A stretch of DNA of 64,000 nucleotides, from positions 7,192,001 to 7,256,000 of the forward strand of contig CM022679.1 in the NCBI GenBank assembly GCA_012295275.1, given 5' to 3'. The notes under the pieces were generated by a model that saw only the letters and a list, made by a program, of their open reading frames with translations, did not search any database and was not told the DNA's origin. Of this stretch, positions 45,301 to 63,871 are shown piece by piece. Position numbers and translations under genes: made by a program. This stretch comes from Chrysomallon squamiferum (lineage: Eukaryota > Animalia > Mollusca). Positions within the stretch are counted from its first letter, which is position 1; each line of letters opens with the position of its first letter.

Positions 45301-47340
45301 ATTTGTAACATCCTTTCAAAAACCTGGGAAAACCTTTCTCCCTTCTTTGTCTGTTAAATGGACACACACACACACACACACACAATCTTTTGATAATTTA
45401 TAAACAGATTAAAAAAATATACTGTATATAAAAAAGAAATATAGTAATAGTAATAATAACAATAACAATAATAATAATAAATACCCACTTTCTTAATTAT
45501 TATTGTTTTTCTGAAGTATTATGCAACATTAAATATTTTATTTCAACACTTTGTGCTGGGAAGACATCTGTCATCAAATTCCAACATTTTTAACCTGATT
45601 TCATTCTTTTATAAAATTAATATATTTAAAATTTTATTTCTGTTATACTTTCTGGTTGTTCTGATACCAAAAACTTGCTAGGCAAAATAGGGATCTTTAG
45701 TTACAATTACTAAAATGTTGCTCAAATTTGATGTGTGCAACTGCAGTTGTTATTATATAAAGATTCAAAGATGCATATCTTCAAAACAAAATACCATGTT
45801 AATCTTTTTTCTCTTCATTTAGCTAAATAATACATCACAAATGTGTCCAGACCCATGATTTATGTGTGTACCATCACAATATACATTTGAATTTGTTATT
45901 ATTCTTTGTTGTTTCCACGATGTTTTAAATAAATTGTTTCAATTCATACATATTGCATTGAGCATACTATTAAGTTAATTATTGTTTAAATAGCATGTGG
46001 ATTCAATATATTTCAGTTATTAAAATTACCTTGTAATAATGTAGTTTGCCAAAAATAAAATAATGTAAAACATTATATACAAGCTTCAACAAAACATTGG
46101 TATGTTTTTTTTAAAGTGTGTGTATACAAGAATATGTTAAAGCCATTTTGCCACAAACATATAGTGATTTTTCTATGCTACAGAATAATTATTGAAAGTG
46201 AAAAAGAAAATATTTACTTGTAATGTAATCAACACAAATTTTATTAATCAGATATCAGTATTTCGATGAAATAAAACACAATCTTGTTCACTAAACCAAA
46301 ATAATCATTGAACAACAAACATAACTTTCATAAAATAATGCTAAGATCATAGTGAAAAGTAAATTAGTAATGCTTTTTATTATTATTTTAAATCCTTCAA
46401 ATTTGTTACATCAAACAAATGACATTAATGAATTTCACAAACCTGTGCACTTCAATCACTGATGGAAGGGACATAATTCATGAATATTTTTAAATGATGA
46501 TATATATAGTACTTTTTCGATCAATATAAACATTACTTTTAGGTCATTTGTACTACAAGTTGTAGTTATATGCTCTTTTAATAATCAATGTTTTTACTTT
46601 CAGTCTTCATTTGAAGCATAATATTTAATAATAATTTGCTGACTAAATTAAGAAAAAAGTGGTGAACAACATTCTGATAAAAGTACTCGTCAGGCAGGTT
46701 TGGACTTGAATTTTGTCAGGTGGGAACTATACCGTAACAATGCCATTAAATGGATTAAATGATACTTCAGTTAAATATTTACAGTTTCATATTATTCTTA
46801 TTAACATCAGCAAATCAAAACTCTAGATCATCCTATAACGTAATACTAATTATAAAAATATATATTTTAAAATTATCGCCACTAACTTAATCAGTGAATT
46901 ACAATTTACTGTAAAAGTGTAATATATATAAAAAAAACACAAAACAAATGATGTGTTAATGTAATTATTACTCAACTTACATTAAATGTTAATATATCAT
47001 AGATGTTGAAAAAAAAAACCCAATTAGTTCGCATATAATTACCTTTTAGATGTGACTACATTTTGCTTCTTCAGTGTTTACCAAAACTTTCAAAACTTGA
47101 TCCATTTTTGTTTTGATAATGCGAATTTTATATTAGAGTTGTCGCCCATTTGAATAAAACTTATTCTTTGGTATGAACGTTCTCCAACGTTTGAGATCCA
47201 TCTTTTCATATAACGTTCTATACTCAGCAATATTTCTTTTACCTGTAATTAATTTTAACTAAGGCAGCATTTCTTATAGTGTAACAATGAAATGTAATTT
47301 ACAATATTTTAGGTTTGTTTTCTCTCTTACCAGCTGCCAT
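39480..47340 (-). pseudogene. Probable decayed multi-exon gene, or long spliced 5' leader, upstream of CEP112
   Basis: Exon-like units with good splice sites: 47340-47331 (ATG GCA GCT G|gtaaga), 47242-47043, and one starting near 45350. They join in phase as MAAGKRNIAEYRTLYEKMDLKRWRTFIPKNKFYSNGRQL*YKIRIIKTKMDQVLKVLVNTEEAKCSHI*K|TKKGERFSQVFERMLQIRY... Further stop-interrupted, protein-like frames occur at about 44.2, 43.5-42.6 and 41.3-40.8 kb. No family recognised. Confidence 0.35.
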
Positions 47341-48622
47341 TTGTTGGTTGAAAAAACAAAACAAGCAAATGACAATGACTCAGTTTGAAATGTTGTATTT
47401 AAATAAAGTTAATAATATTAACAAACAGGCCTTTTGAAATATTTACGCAGCAAAAACATTAAATGAATATAAACTGCTTTTTTGAACTCAAAATTTATCG
47501 TAATCGGATTTTATACTGAACTGAGTTTTCATGGTCTAAGGGAAATAACTCTATTTTATGGTAAAGCACATTTAATAGTAAGACTGGATCTCTATACAAT
47601 TACCACTTAGATAATCGAATTAAAAACAATTTAAAAGCACTTCTTTTTTAACCGAACTAAAAGAAAAAAAGAGAAACAAGCAACTAAAAATATAATATCC
47701 TTTAATCAATAAGGCCATATGTCTTTTGTGTGTGTGTGTGTTGTATGTGTTGTGTATCTTTATGTATGTGTTGTGTGTTTGTGTACGTGTAAGTGTGTAT
47801 GTGTGTGTGTGGGTGGGTGTGGGATTGCAATTAGTCGCTAGTTGCTTTGACCTCGTTACATAACTTGAACACATTTTGTTTCTTTAATTCCTTCCCCGTC
47901 TTTATGTCTTCCTTTATCATATTTGGCTTTTTACATTTTCAAAAGAGTAACTGCTTTCTGAGACTTTGGGAGTTCGGTACACAAACCTAATTATGACTTT
48001 ATGTGTTGACTATATATAATTTTATTTTATGAACTTAGAGAGATACTTATTATTATTATTTTTTAAAATAGATCTACTTTAATCCAAATTTGGATTTTGC
48101 TTCAATTTATTCGGTAATGGACTTTTTTTTCATTTATTTTCCATAATAATATAATTCTTTTACAACTTTTTTTTTTGTTGTTTTTATTTTATATACCGAA
48201 ACTTCCCGGAAAAAAAAAAAAAGATTTTTTTTTCCCAGTTTATTTCGCCCTTAAAAGGGTTACTTATTTATTTATTCATTCATCCATGCTTCGAGATAAC
48301 ATTTATTCGATTACTTGATTTCATATTTATTTTATCCAGACGTCTTGAACTAGACATAAATATATACACCCCTCATCCATACATCCATTCATCCATGCAT
48401 TCATATATATACCTATATAGATATTCAAATACAAATACATTTGCCAATTTTTTTATTTTAAAACTATTTTTTTTATTTATTTTGTGTGAAATTTATTTAT
48501 TTATTTATTGTAATTAATATTACTTATTCATTTATGATGATGTTATGTTTTTATCTAGATTTGGTATATTTTTTTACGAGTATATGTAATTGCATTATCG
48601 ACTCACACTAAAATATTTTCAT

Positions 48623-48623
48623 T

Positions 48624-48687
<64 letters not shown>
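48623..48687. repeat. (CAA)n(TAA)n compound microsatellite
   Basis: Seen directly. Confidence 0.95.
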
Positions 48688-48689
<2 letters not shown>

Positions 48690-49438
48690 CACTCATTCTT
48701 GAGATTTGGGGAGTGAGGGTCACTGAAAAGGACTGTTTTGACACTGTTCAGTTTATCCACATCCCGGATACAAATCGCGCGGTATTGGATGTTCATTTGT
48801 TTTTATTAAAATAATCTTCAGGCTGTTGTCGTCCTTATGTAGACGCAAGACTGACGTAAAAGAAGTGAAATGGACGTTAGCAATGGCGTCGCGAAGTTTT
48901 TTTTTTCTCTCTGAAAACGTTTCAAATTAAAATCTACCGAAACAATATCATCTTCAGATACATGCATAAATGTATTTCAGATAATTCTCCTTATGTATGT
49001 CAATTTTCAACTCTTTCTATGGTCATAATAACGTCAAAATTGGCGATAATGTTCAAAGAAAGATGAAGTAATTTAAATTTATATTCTTTTGCTTTGTGTT
49101 TGTTCTGTTTAATAGGATCCGTTTACTACAGACAGTGTTTTCTAGATATTTAGTTATGATTAAATAATAAACAGTATAAATTGTGTAATACTGAATGGAT
49201 AGATTAATAATAATAAGTACTAATTAAAGAAAAACACTAAAATCCCGCAAAGTCAATACAAAACATATACATATATTTACCTTTATTACTGACAATACAG
49301 AAATTAATCTTGATCAGCATTCCTTTACTTGTTCATTGATTTGTTTTACAAAAAGTAGTTTAATTAGTTTCATTTAGGAAAATTAATTTAAAATATATTT
49401 TATAAGAATTTTAATTTATAATGGATACAGTAAATAAT

Positions 49439-55084
<5,646 letters not shown>

Positions 55085-55200
55085 TTTCTTTCTTTCACTT
55101 ACTACCTGAATAAATGTAAATAGAAACAGTTAAGTGTTTGAAAAGAAGAACACAGTAAAATAAAATAATTGAACAAATACTACCTCGAAGTATGAATGAA

Positions 55201-55243
<43 letters not shown>

Positions 55244-55244
55244 A

Positions 55245-55302
55245 TCAGCAGTAGGAATTCAAAGACATGGACGGGAGATGTTAATGTTATACGACTCCAC
55301 AT
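55245..55302 (-). pseudogene. Truncated duplicate of the first FOXRED2 coding exon
   Basis: Translates as [19 protein letters not shown] and then runs into (TATT)n. It shares TCAGCAGTAGGAATTCAAAGACATG exactly with the true exon near 55027-55051. Confidence 0.75.
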
Positions 55303-56590
55303 TTGTTTAAAAAATCTTTCTATAAGTATAAAAGTATTGAAAAGTTCATCTATCTTGAAAAATCCCTCAACCACCCATATACGTACAATATAAAATTAAT
55401 TCTAATGAAATTTAAAAAAAAAAAAAAAAAATAAAAATAAAAATAAATAAAATAAAAAAAGTGTAAAGAAAAAGAAAAAATCAAGCAACCGTGTTCTTCT
55501 GATTTCAGAATAAGAAAACTTTTAGTCTTTCTCGACTGCCAGTTATCAAAATTTTACACTGTTTTTCACATACATAATCATTTTCGGATATATTGGATCG
55601 ATGCACTCCTTAAATGATTTTACAATGCCTAATGTAAGATAATATTCACTTTATAGAACATCTGTTATACTGAAGTTAGGGTCACAATACAAAGAAACAA
55701 CAATAAAAGAAATAAGAAAACCCCCTTGAACGAAAGTCTTGTAAAGATAGCTTCAATGTCTTCAGTGTCTCATAGTCTATACATTCTTTCAGTGATGATA
55801 CAGTTTTATAAAAGTATGTATCGGAAAGAGAAACATTTTGAATTTTAGTTATTAATAAACTAAAAATATAATCTTTTAAATGATACAAATCTAACTATAT
55901 TATGTGTAAAAATGTGGAAACTGACACTCAAATAGGTGTTTGTGTTTTTATTTGATGTCATTATACTTTTTAAAAAGCAATGTCACCCTGAGAAAATATA
56001 TTTTCAACCGAATATAGAAATGTTTCTTAGGAAAACTGTCTATATGTGTGTTTGTGTGCGTGCGTGCGTGCATACATCCGTGTGCGTGTAAACAAAGCCA
56101 AATAACTATACGAGTTAAGAGCAAGATACATTAATAATACAAAATGGAAAGGTTTTATAGATTTTTATAATCTTCGGATAGAGCATCTTCTAATATGCAT
56201 GCTGTCTGGATGAAGCAGAGAACAACTGTCAAATTATAGCAGTTTGCTTTTTCAGTGTTGTGAAAATCATTCTTTTTAATAATTCTTTAAAGAAATATCA
56301 CATAATCAGTTTTCTAATCTCTTTATACCTTTCAAATGATTTCTAATTTTCAGCGTATTTTCTTTTTAAAAGTCAAAATTCTTTTCCAACAGTATGTAAG
56401 TATTATCCTGAAACAGTATTAGTTTTCCAAAAGATGTATGTTAGAAGAACCATGAAGTAAGAACAACCTTTATCTAGAAATCTGTAACTCATATGTTTAT
56501 ACGAAAATATATGACCTGATAAATATATCTAATCGTGCGCGTGTGTGTGTGTGTGTGTGTGTGCGTGCGTGTGTGTGTGTTCAGATAGGC

Positions 56591-56629
<39 letters not shown>

Positions 56630-57437
56630 GAAATATATTTCTATCATTTGCACAATGGAATATGTAATAAAACTTGAAGCTGAATAGATGATTTTTAGAT
56701 AAAAAAAGCAATTGAAACTTTATATAAACACCTGTTGAACAAGATTAAAATGAGCTTTGATAACGCATGCATTTAGATTAGTATATGTATAAATTATATA
56801 GGTTGTAAATGTCCTGTTATCTGAATAGACTTAGTTGATTAATGAACAAACACACACATATATACTTGTATCCAATTTTGATTTATATAATCATCATCAT
56901 TATCATCGTTATTCATTTATTTACTTATTTATTTATTTATTTTGTCATATAATCATTTAAAAAAACTGAGTGTAGCATAGAATAGTATATTATATTATAT
57001 TATAGTATGATATGTTATATTATGTTATTCATTTTATATTATTATTAGTCTTAAAGAATTTTGGTAAGGATGAAATCGTTTTTCTTTCTTTTTCTTTTTT
57101 TTAAATAGAAATTTTTAGTATTGTCGTTATTTCTTTCTTTCTTTATTTAAATTTTCATTAATAATTTATCAGATACTAATGAGAATAATGCTACAACATA
57201 ACAGCAGTTGAAGCTTTCATCATGACACGATTTCTTACCAATCTACTCTACTTTAGAAACAGATTTGAAAGTAATAATCAAAAAATATTTTTGAAATAAT
57301 TAAATAATAAACGTGTTTTAAATAGTAAATGTGTAATGTTCATTTAATTAGATTCTTTATCCATTCATTTTGTAATTATGATGATGATACGGATGAAGGT
57401 TTTATTATTATTATTATTATTAGTAGTAGTAGTAGTG

Positions 57438-57473
<36 letters not shown>

Positions 57474-57570
57474 ATAGTAGTAGCTCTAGCAGTAGTATCA
57501 GCAACAGTAGTAGTATACATTGCTAAATGTACGAATCAGTAAACAGAAAATAGGATTCTATAACACTTAC

Positions 57571-58304
57571 TCCTAGGGATCTTTCTCATTCCAGCTGATT
57601 CATTTACTGCTTTTCTGGAGTAACAGCGTGATGGTAGAAAGCGGATCTGAGGAGAGTGTAGTCGCTGGATCGGTTCTTTTATGGTCGGTTTTATATTTCA
57701 GCGAAACAACTAGTTGATTCAATGTTCTGGTACGTGCGTTGTAGTCTGAAGGAAGGTATATATACAATGTAAATGACATTCATATACGTGCTGATTTAAA
57801 AATAAAATACTTATATTACTGAATTTTTTTTATTATTTTCAGAAGGACAGCTGGCGTAATTCACAAATATACATTTAAAACACTGTATCCAAATGGCGCA
57901 TTAAAATGTATGATGAGCCTCTATAGATTTAATTATACTGCAAACATAATGACATACATTGGCCTTTGATTAGTTCATTTAAAAGTGAATTGAGTGTGCG
58001 GGTGTGTGTTTGTTTGTATTGTTTAACAATTATTATGGAAAAGGTGTCGATATGTTACACATGCGTGCGCACTCACTCTCTCATGCATACACATCACACA
58101 CTTTTTACAAACTTTTTTTCTGCTCTCTGCTCTGTGAATAGATAAACTATAAACTGTGTCAAATTATTTCAGTTGAAGCTGATATTATAGTCCATATAAA
58201 CACGTGATGAGATGATGTGTTTCATGAATTCTATACACGACTCGTTCAGCTGGGTTTACAGCAGGACATAGTATTTGCTCTGCTGTCTAGAAGAAGGTGT
58301 GTAG
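57571..58304. promoter_or_regulatory. Candidate divergent promoters and non-coding first exons of the two FOXRED2 copies
   Basis: Minus strand: CATAAAA (57683-57677), TCAGAT (57650-57645) and donor GGA|GTAAGT at 57571. Plus strand: TATAAA (58148-58153), TCAGTT (58169-58174) and donor TAG|GTAATT at 58304. Both ATG exons start at an acceptor (TTTATTCAG, exon starts 55105 and 58901), so upstream non-coding exons are needed. Confidence 0.5.
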
Positions 58305-58921
58305 GTAATTTAATTGTTTTATTTATTTATTATTTCTTTTAAATACGGGATACGATCGATTTTCCGGACACTGATATTCTGTAACCTCTTTTAAATCGTA
58401 GAAAATTAGAATCGGATATTTCGAAATCATTAATTTACATTTATGAAATTTTTAGTGAATAATCTGATTTTACTGATACACCTGTATGAGTCTCAAAACA
58501 CGCACACGCACTCACACACCCATATAAATACACATACATACATCCATACATACATAAATATATACGAACATAGTATCATACATATAGATTTACGCACATC
58601 CACACATATATTGTGTAACCTTTCTATGTGCAATCAGATGTACGACTATGGGTGGTATTTATTTAGCTGCTCAGAGATGTAGTGTTAAATTATTAATGTG
58701 TGACCTCGCTTCGTGCGAAAAAATTAATAATCCAGAAAGACTTTGGAACTAAAGATTCCAGAAATTCGCTAATACACCCGTACGTTTATGTTATTATTTA
58801 ATTAATTAATTAATTTATTTATTCATACTTCGACGTAATATTTGTTCAGTTATTTTATTTTACTGTGTACTTCTTTTCAAACACTTTTACATTTATTCAG
58901 GTAGTAAGTGAAAGCAAGAAA

Positions 58922-61868
58922 ATGTGGAGTTGTAGCAGATTAACATCTGCCATCCATGTCTTCCAGTTCCTATTGCTGTTACACGACATTCTGCTGACAC
59001 ATCAACAGTCGATGGTTTATCATGATTACTGTGTCATTGGGGCTGGACCTGCTGGTGTACAGATGGGCTACTTCCTCCACAGAGCTGGCAGAGACTACGT
59101 TGTCTTTGAAAAAGAAACTATCACAGGTATTGTTTTCCTTAATGTACTTTTTAAATATATCGTTATTTAGATGAAGCAAAACATTACAGGTACTGTATTT
59201 TCTCTTTTTTATATTTTTGTGATATGTAAATGCTTTAGTTCATCACATCTATAAATAGGTCTTAATATACTATATCTAAAATATTAGTTTGTATTGGTGT
59301 ATTTTTCTCGGTCGAAATAAAGGCATTTATCTGAATGAAATCTATTTTAAATCAATATTACTATATTAATTATGTAGATGATTACATTACTCTTTAAATG
59401 CATTAGGAAACTAAGGAAAAAGGACAAGTCATATATCATTGTAGTGTTCATTTATGTCAGACATGCCTGGATGAACCACGGAAAAATCAACAACACTAAT
59501 AAGAGAGAAAGGATATTCAGTCTTTTTTTGGTTTAATTTGAACTTTAACTTGAGTAAAAATGATTCTTAAATTTGTGCAAGATAGTCAAATGTGGATTAA
59601 TTTCATTCTGATAAATGATATATATTATGATCTTAAACCAATGTAATATCAAAATCCACGTGAAATAAAGTAGGAAGAACCGGTTTTTGGAGATTTTTGT
59701 ACGATTAACATCCTCCAAGAATTCTGTTTTATATTATAGATAGGCTGACTCTTCTGATAACTCTACTGGTATATAAGACATTCTATGACAACCAAGAACT
59801 GTAGACCACTCATAAAGTTGACATTTACTAAACATTTAATTGAAATTCTAATTGGATTTACCATTTCAGCAAGTTTCTTCACGCGTTATCCAAGGCTCAG
59901 AAAATTAGTAAGCATCAACAAGCGACACACAGGTCAGACAAACAAGGAATTCAACTTACGTCACGACTGGAACTCGCTGATTAGTGATGATGAAAGTCTG
60001 CTCTTCAGACATTATTCCAAGAAAATGTTTCCACATGCTGATGATTATGTCCGCTACTTGAATGACTTCCAGAGAAAACTTAACATCAGTGTGCAGTTTA
60101 ATACAGAAATCAGGAACTTGTCAGCAGTGAAAAATGAATCGGCTCTTGATGGACATCATTTCACAATGAAGGATCAAAATGGAACCGAGTACAAATGCAC
60201 GTAAGACTGTCTTCTTCATTAGATTTCAAAATATAAACCAAAATTCCATTTGGTTATCGTTATAAATGTGTATGTAGCATTAGAATGTGTGTTTGTGTTT
60301 GCTTGTAAATCGAGAATTAGTTCTGCTATTTTAAATACTGACAAACTGAATATGAAAAGAGTGTTGTGAACATTACACAAAACAACGACAAATGAATGAG
60401 TTTGCTACTGGTTTCCTATAGAGTGTACTGTCCATATGCTGTATAAATAATTACTTAAGATATACTTAAAACAGTGGGATCTGAAAGCAAGATCAGATAC
60501 GTTTTTTCGAGAAGGAAAACATTTATATTTAAAATTTGACAGTATTTTTTTTTTTTTTTAAATACAGAACATTTCCATGTTTAAAAGCTATTAAACATCG
60601 CAATATTTTTCAGTTGTAGGTGTAAAGGTTCTGTTCACAGAATATTCTTTCCAGTATTTTTTTGTTCTGATACCTAGGACATCATAAAGTAACTTGCATA
60701 TTATCGAACTCTTTGTGAACTCGTAGATTGAATACGATTTTTTTCTATAAAGCCATATATCCTTTTAATGTTTAACAGCAGATATCTTATTAAATGTTAG
60801 CTTATCCCAAATACCATATTATATATCAAGTTATTTTAGTAGACATTTTTATTTTGTATCTGTATGTTACAAAATATTATTCCTGTAATAAGATTTCATT
60901 ATGGCTCAGTACATATTTGTTCAGTTTATAATTACTTCTATGGAATATATACATAGAAGATGGTAAGACACAAGGTCTTTCGACGAGTGATAATTTGGAA
61001 ACAGCTAACTGTTATCCTCAATTGGTAAAACACCAATACAAATACATTTTTTCAAAGTTTATTTCTTATACGAAAATATAACAACCTACATTGCAATATT
61101 AAAAATAATTACACTGATATTCTAAAAATATGTAATGAGTTTATTTTTCGTATATCTAGGTGATATTATAAATCACTAATAAACTTGATTTTTGCGATTA
61201 GATCTGTGATTGTAGCTGCTGGGGCATCAAAGCCAGTGCTTCCATATGTTTCAGGGATTGAATACACTGAGGGATATGAAACAGTTTCACTGAATCCAGA
61301 TGATTATGAAGGGAAGACCGTTCTAATAATACGTGAGATTAATTTATAACAGCAAAGCAAAAATCACATTCTGAAAATAGTTGTTCAAGACAAGTAATAA
61401 AAGGAAATATGGACTTTCTTTCATAATCAGTAAATAGATTTTAACTTTCCAATGATAGAAAGAGTAAGAGAGAAGCCTGACCAGCTTTTAAGTAATTGTC
61501 AGTATAATTATATTTCTCTAACTGAGTTTTAATTTCACAAGCTAGATTCATTTTACTTTCTGATTTATCAGTATATACCAGTGAGTACCGATAATGTGTC
61601 CCGTAAAGAGAGGTGTAGTAGAGACAGCAGTGAGCGGTCGATAGAAAATAACAGTTGATTATTGAAGGCTCAAGTTCACGGAGAAGATCAATAAATTATC
61701 ATTTTACTACAATATAGTCATCGCACGACTTAAATAACTTGAATTTTGCCAAAAATTCAGTGCTTCTGACAGCTTATCCCATTCTAGATAGTGCCTTAGT
61801 CTGGAATATCAAACACTATAGTTCGAACTTTTATACACATACTCTATAAAACATTAAACATGTAAAAC

Positions 61869-61916
<48 letters not shown>

Positions 61917-63871
61917 GCATAGATGTCTTTAATCTTTTCACTATAAATGTTATTTTATTAAAATTGTTTTGTATGATTTTACTTTAATCCTTAAAAAGTC
62001 TCACTTTTATTTGCTATATATATTTCCTCTCTTATTAGAAAATGATCATTCAGGATATGAACTTGCACAGTCCATATACGGGTCAAGTAATTATATTCAT
62101 ATTGCTGGTTTGTCAAGAGTCCGGTTGTCATGGGCAACGCATTATATTGGAGATATTAGGTGAGGTGTCTATTCATATTTTAGTATTAGATATGTTAAAT
62201 ATTTTTATACATATATAATTCAAACATATATATCTTTTCGTTTCATCTTTAATAAATATTTCCTCTTATACATAATTAATATAAATATTTATTTCAACAA
62301 GTTTCAAACTTCATGGTCAGTTACAAATTTTACAGAGCAATACATAATGATATACTGGATACTTACATGCTAAAGTCACTTGATGGAGTCGGTGAAGCTA
62401 CCGAATCACTGGCTACGATATTAAAAAACGGCAACAAATTGTTCTTGAAGATAAGTAAAACGGCTGGAGATAATGTTGGTGTGAGATACGGTTATGACAA
62501 AATCATACATTGTCTAGGATTTTCATATGACCGTGATCTATTTACAAAGTGAGTTTACTTTATTGTTCCTTCAGATGTTGTAACTTTTTTTTCTTATATT
62601 TCATTAATATGCATTTAAATTCACACAATTACACTTCAGGTAGGATGCGTATCTAATATGAAAAAGAATAGGTGAATGTCATCTCTTCACATCTCTTCAC
62701 ATCTTTGAATTAATAGTTATTAGATATCATTACGTCGCGGCTAATCTTTTAGCAACAAGGGGTGTAGTAAAGCAGCTTTCTGTAAACACAAAAACATATG
62801 CTATGGAGATCACTAAACCAATTGTAATTTTTGTTGTACAAAATAAATAAGAGAACTGACATAACGTTTTTAATTGCCAACCTAAATATTCCAAAATTTA
62901 ATTATTATATATATATATATATGTGTGTGTGTTTTTCTCCTTTTTCTAATTCCACGCTTAAAGACTTTCAGAATGAAAATTTATTTTTAGTAAGATGTTT
63001 CAAAAATATTACTTTCTAAAGTAGGGTTCTATCAAATTTGGAATATTCGATTCGAGATCTGTGAGTCACATTAAAAATGAAATTCCTATTAATAACATAT
63101 AAACTCAATAATACTGTTATCATTATTTAAACTTCAATCTAGTGTAATCATGTTAACCATACATTCATCATTACAGTGGATATTTATCAGTGCTTTCCAG
63201 ATTAATTTACTTATCGTTCATGAACAATATATGATACACTTCATTATTTTCAAAGTTATTCAAAAATCGAACATTTTATTGTATTCGAACATTTTCAAAT
63301 GTTCGTTTTGATCGTAAGACTGACATTAGTAGGGCTCTGGTCTCAGATATAAAACCGATAAATAAAATCCTTTTTGCTGATAAAGAAGATAATAATTTAA
63401 AAATTAACAACAACAGCAACGATAAAACACCAATAACAGGAAAATATACTGATTTTGAAAATATGAGAAAAGCAAACATTGTTTCTTGAAACAAATAATA
63501 AAATTCAAATTTTTTTTATAGAAAAGATCATATTCTTTTGATACTTTGTCTGTTTCATGTATTATAAGAGATATATTAAATTCACGGATGAGATAGTAAA
63601 ATATTAAACGGTTCCTTATCACACGAAAAATTATATTTTTCGTTGTTGTTCTCGTTTTGTTTATTATTTATTATTATTATTATTTTTTTTAAATTGTTTT
63701 AAAGTTTGACAGCTCCTGATTCAGATGAAGTTGCAAATGACAAATTTCCTAAGATCGCCTTTAACTACGAATCACTGAATGTGAAAGGAATGTATTTTGC
63801 TGGAGTTATGTCACATGGTCTTGATTACAGGAAGTCAGCTGGAGGGTTTATCCATGGTTTCAGATACACAG
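58922..63871 (+). CDS. FOXRED2: FOXRED2-like copy B, first six coding exons (continues off the right edge); second Rossmann motif degenerate
   Basis: Exons 58922-59126, 59870-60200, 61202-61332, 62039-62159, 62336-62548 and 63705-63871 have the same sizes and phases as copy A (205, 331, 131, 121, 167 nt), except exon 5 (213 vs 267 nt). No stops in the visible part. Confidence 0.9.

Noticed and set aside
45130-45350. In-frame TGA in one frame of the 45.3-kb exon-like block as selenocysteine
   Set aside because: Neighbouring blocks contain TAA and TAG stops, there is no recognisable selenoprotein motif, and I could not identify a SECIS.
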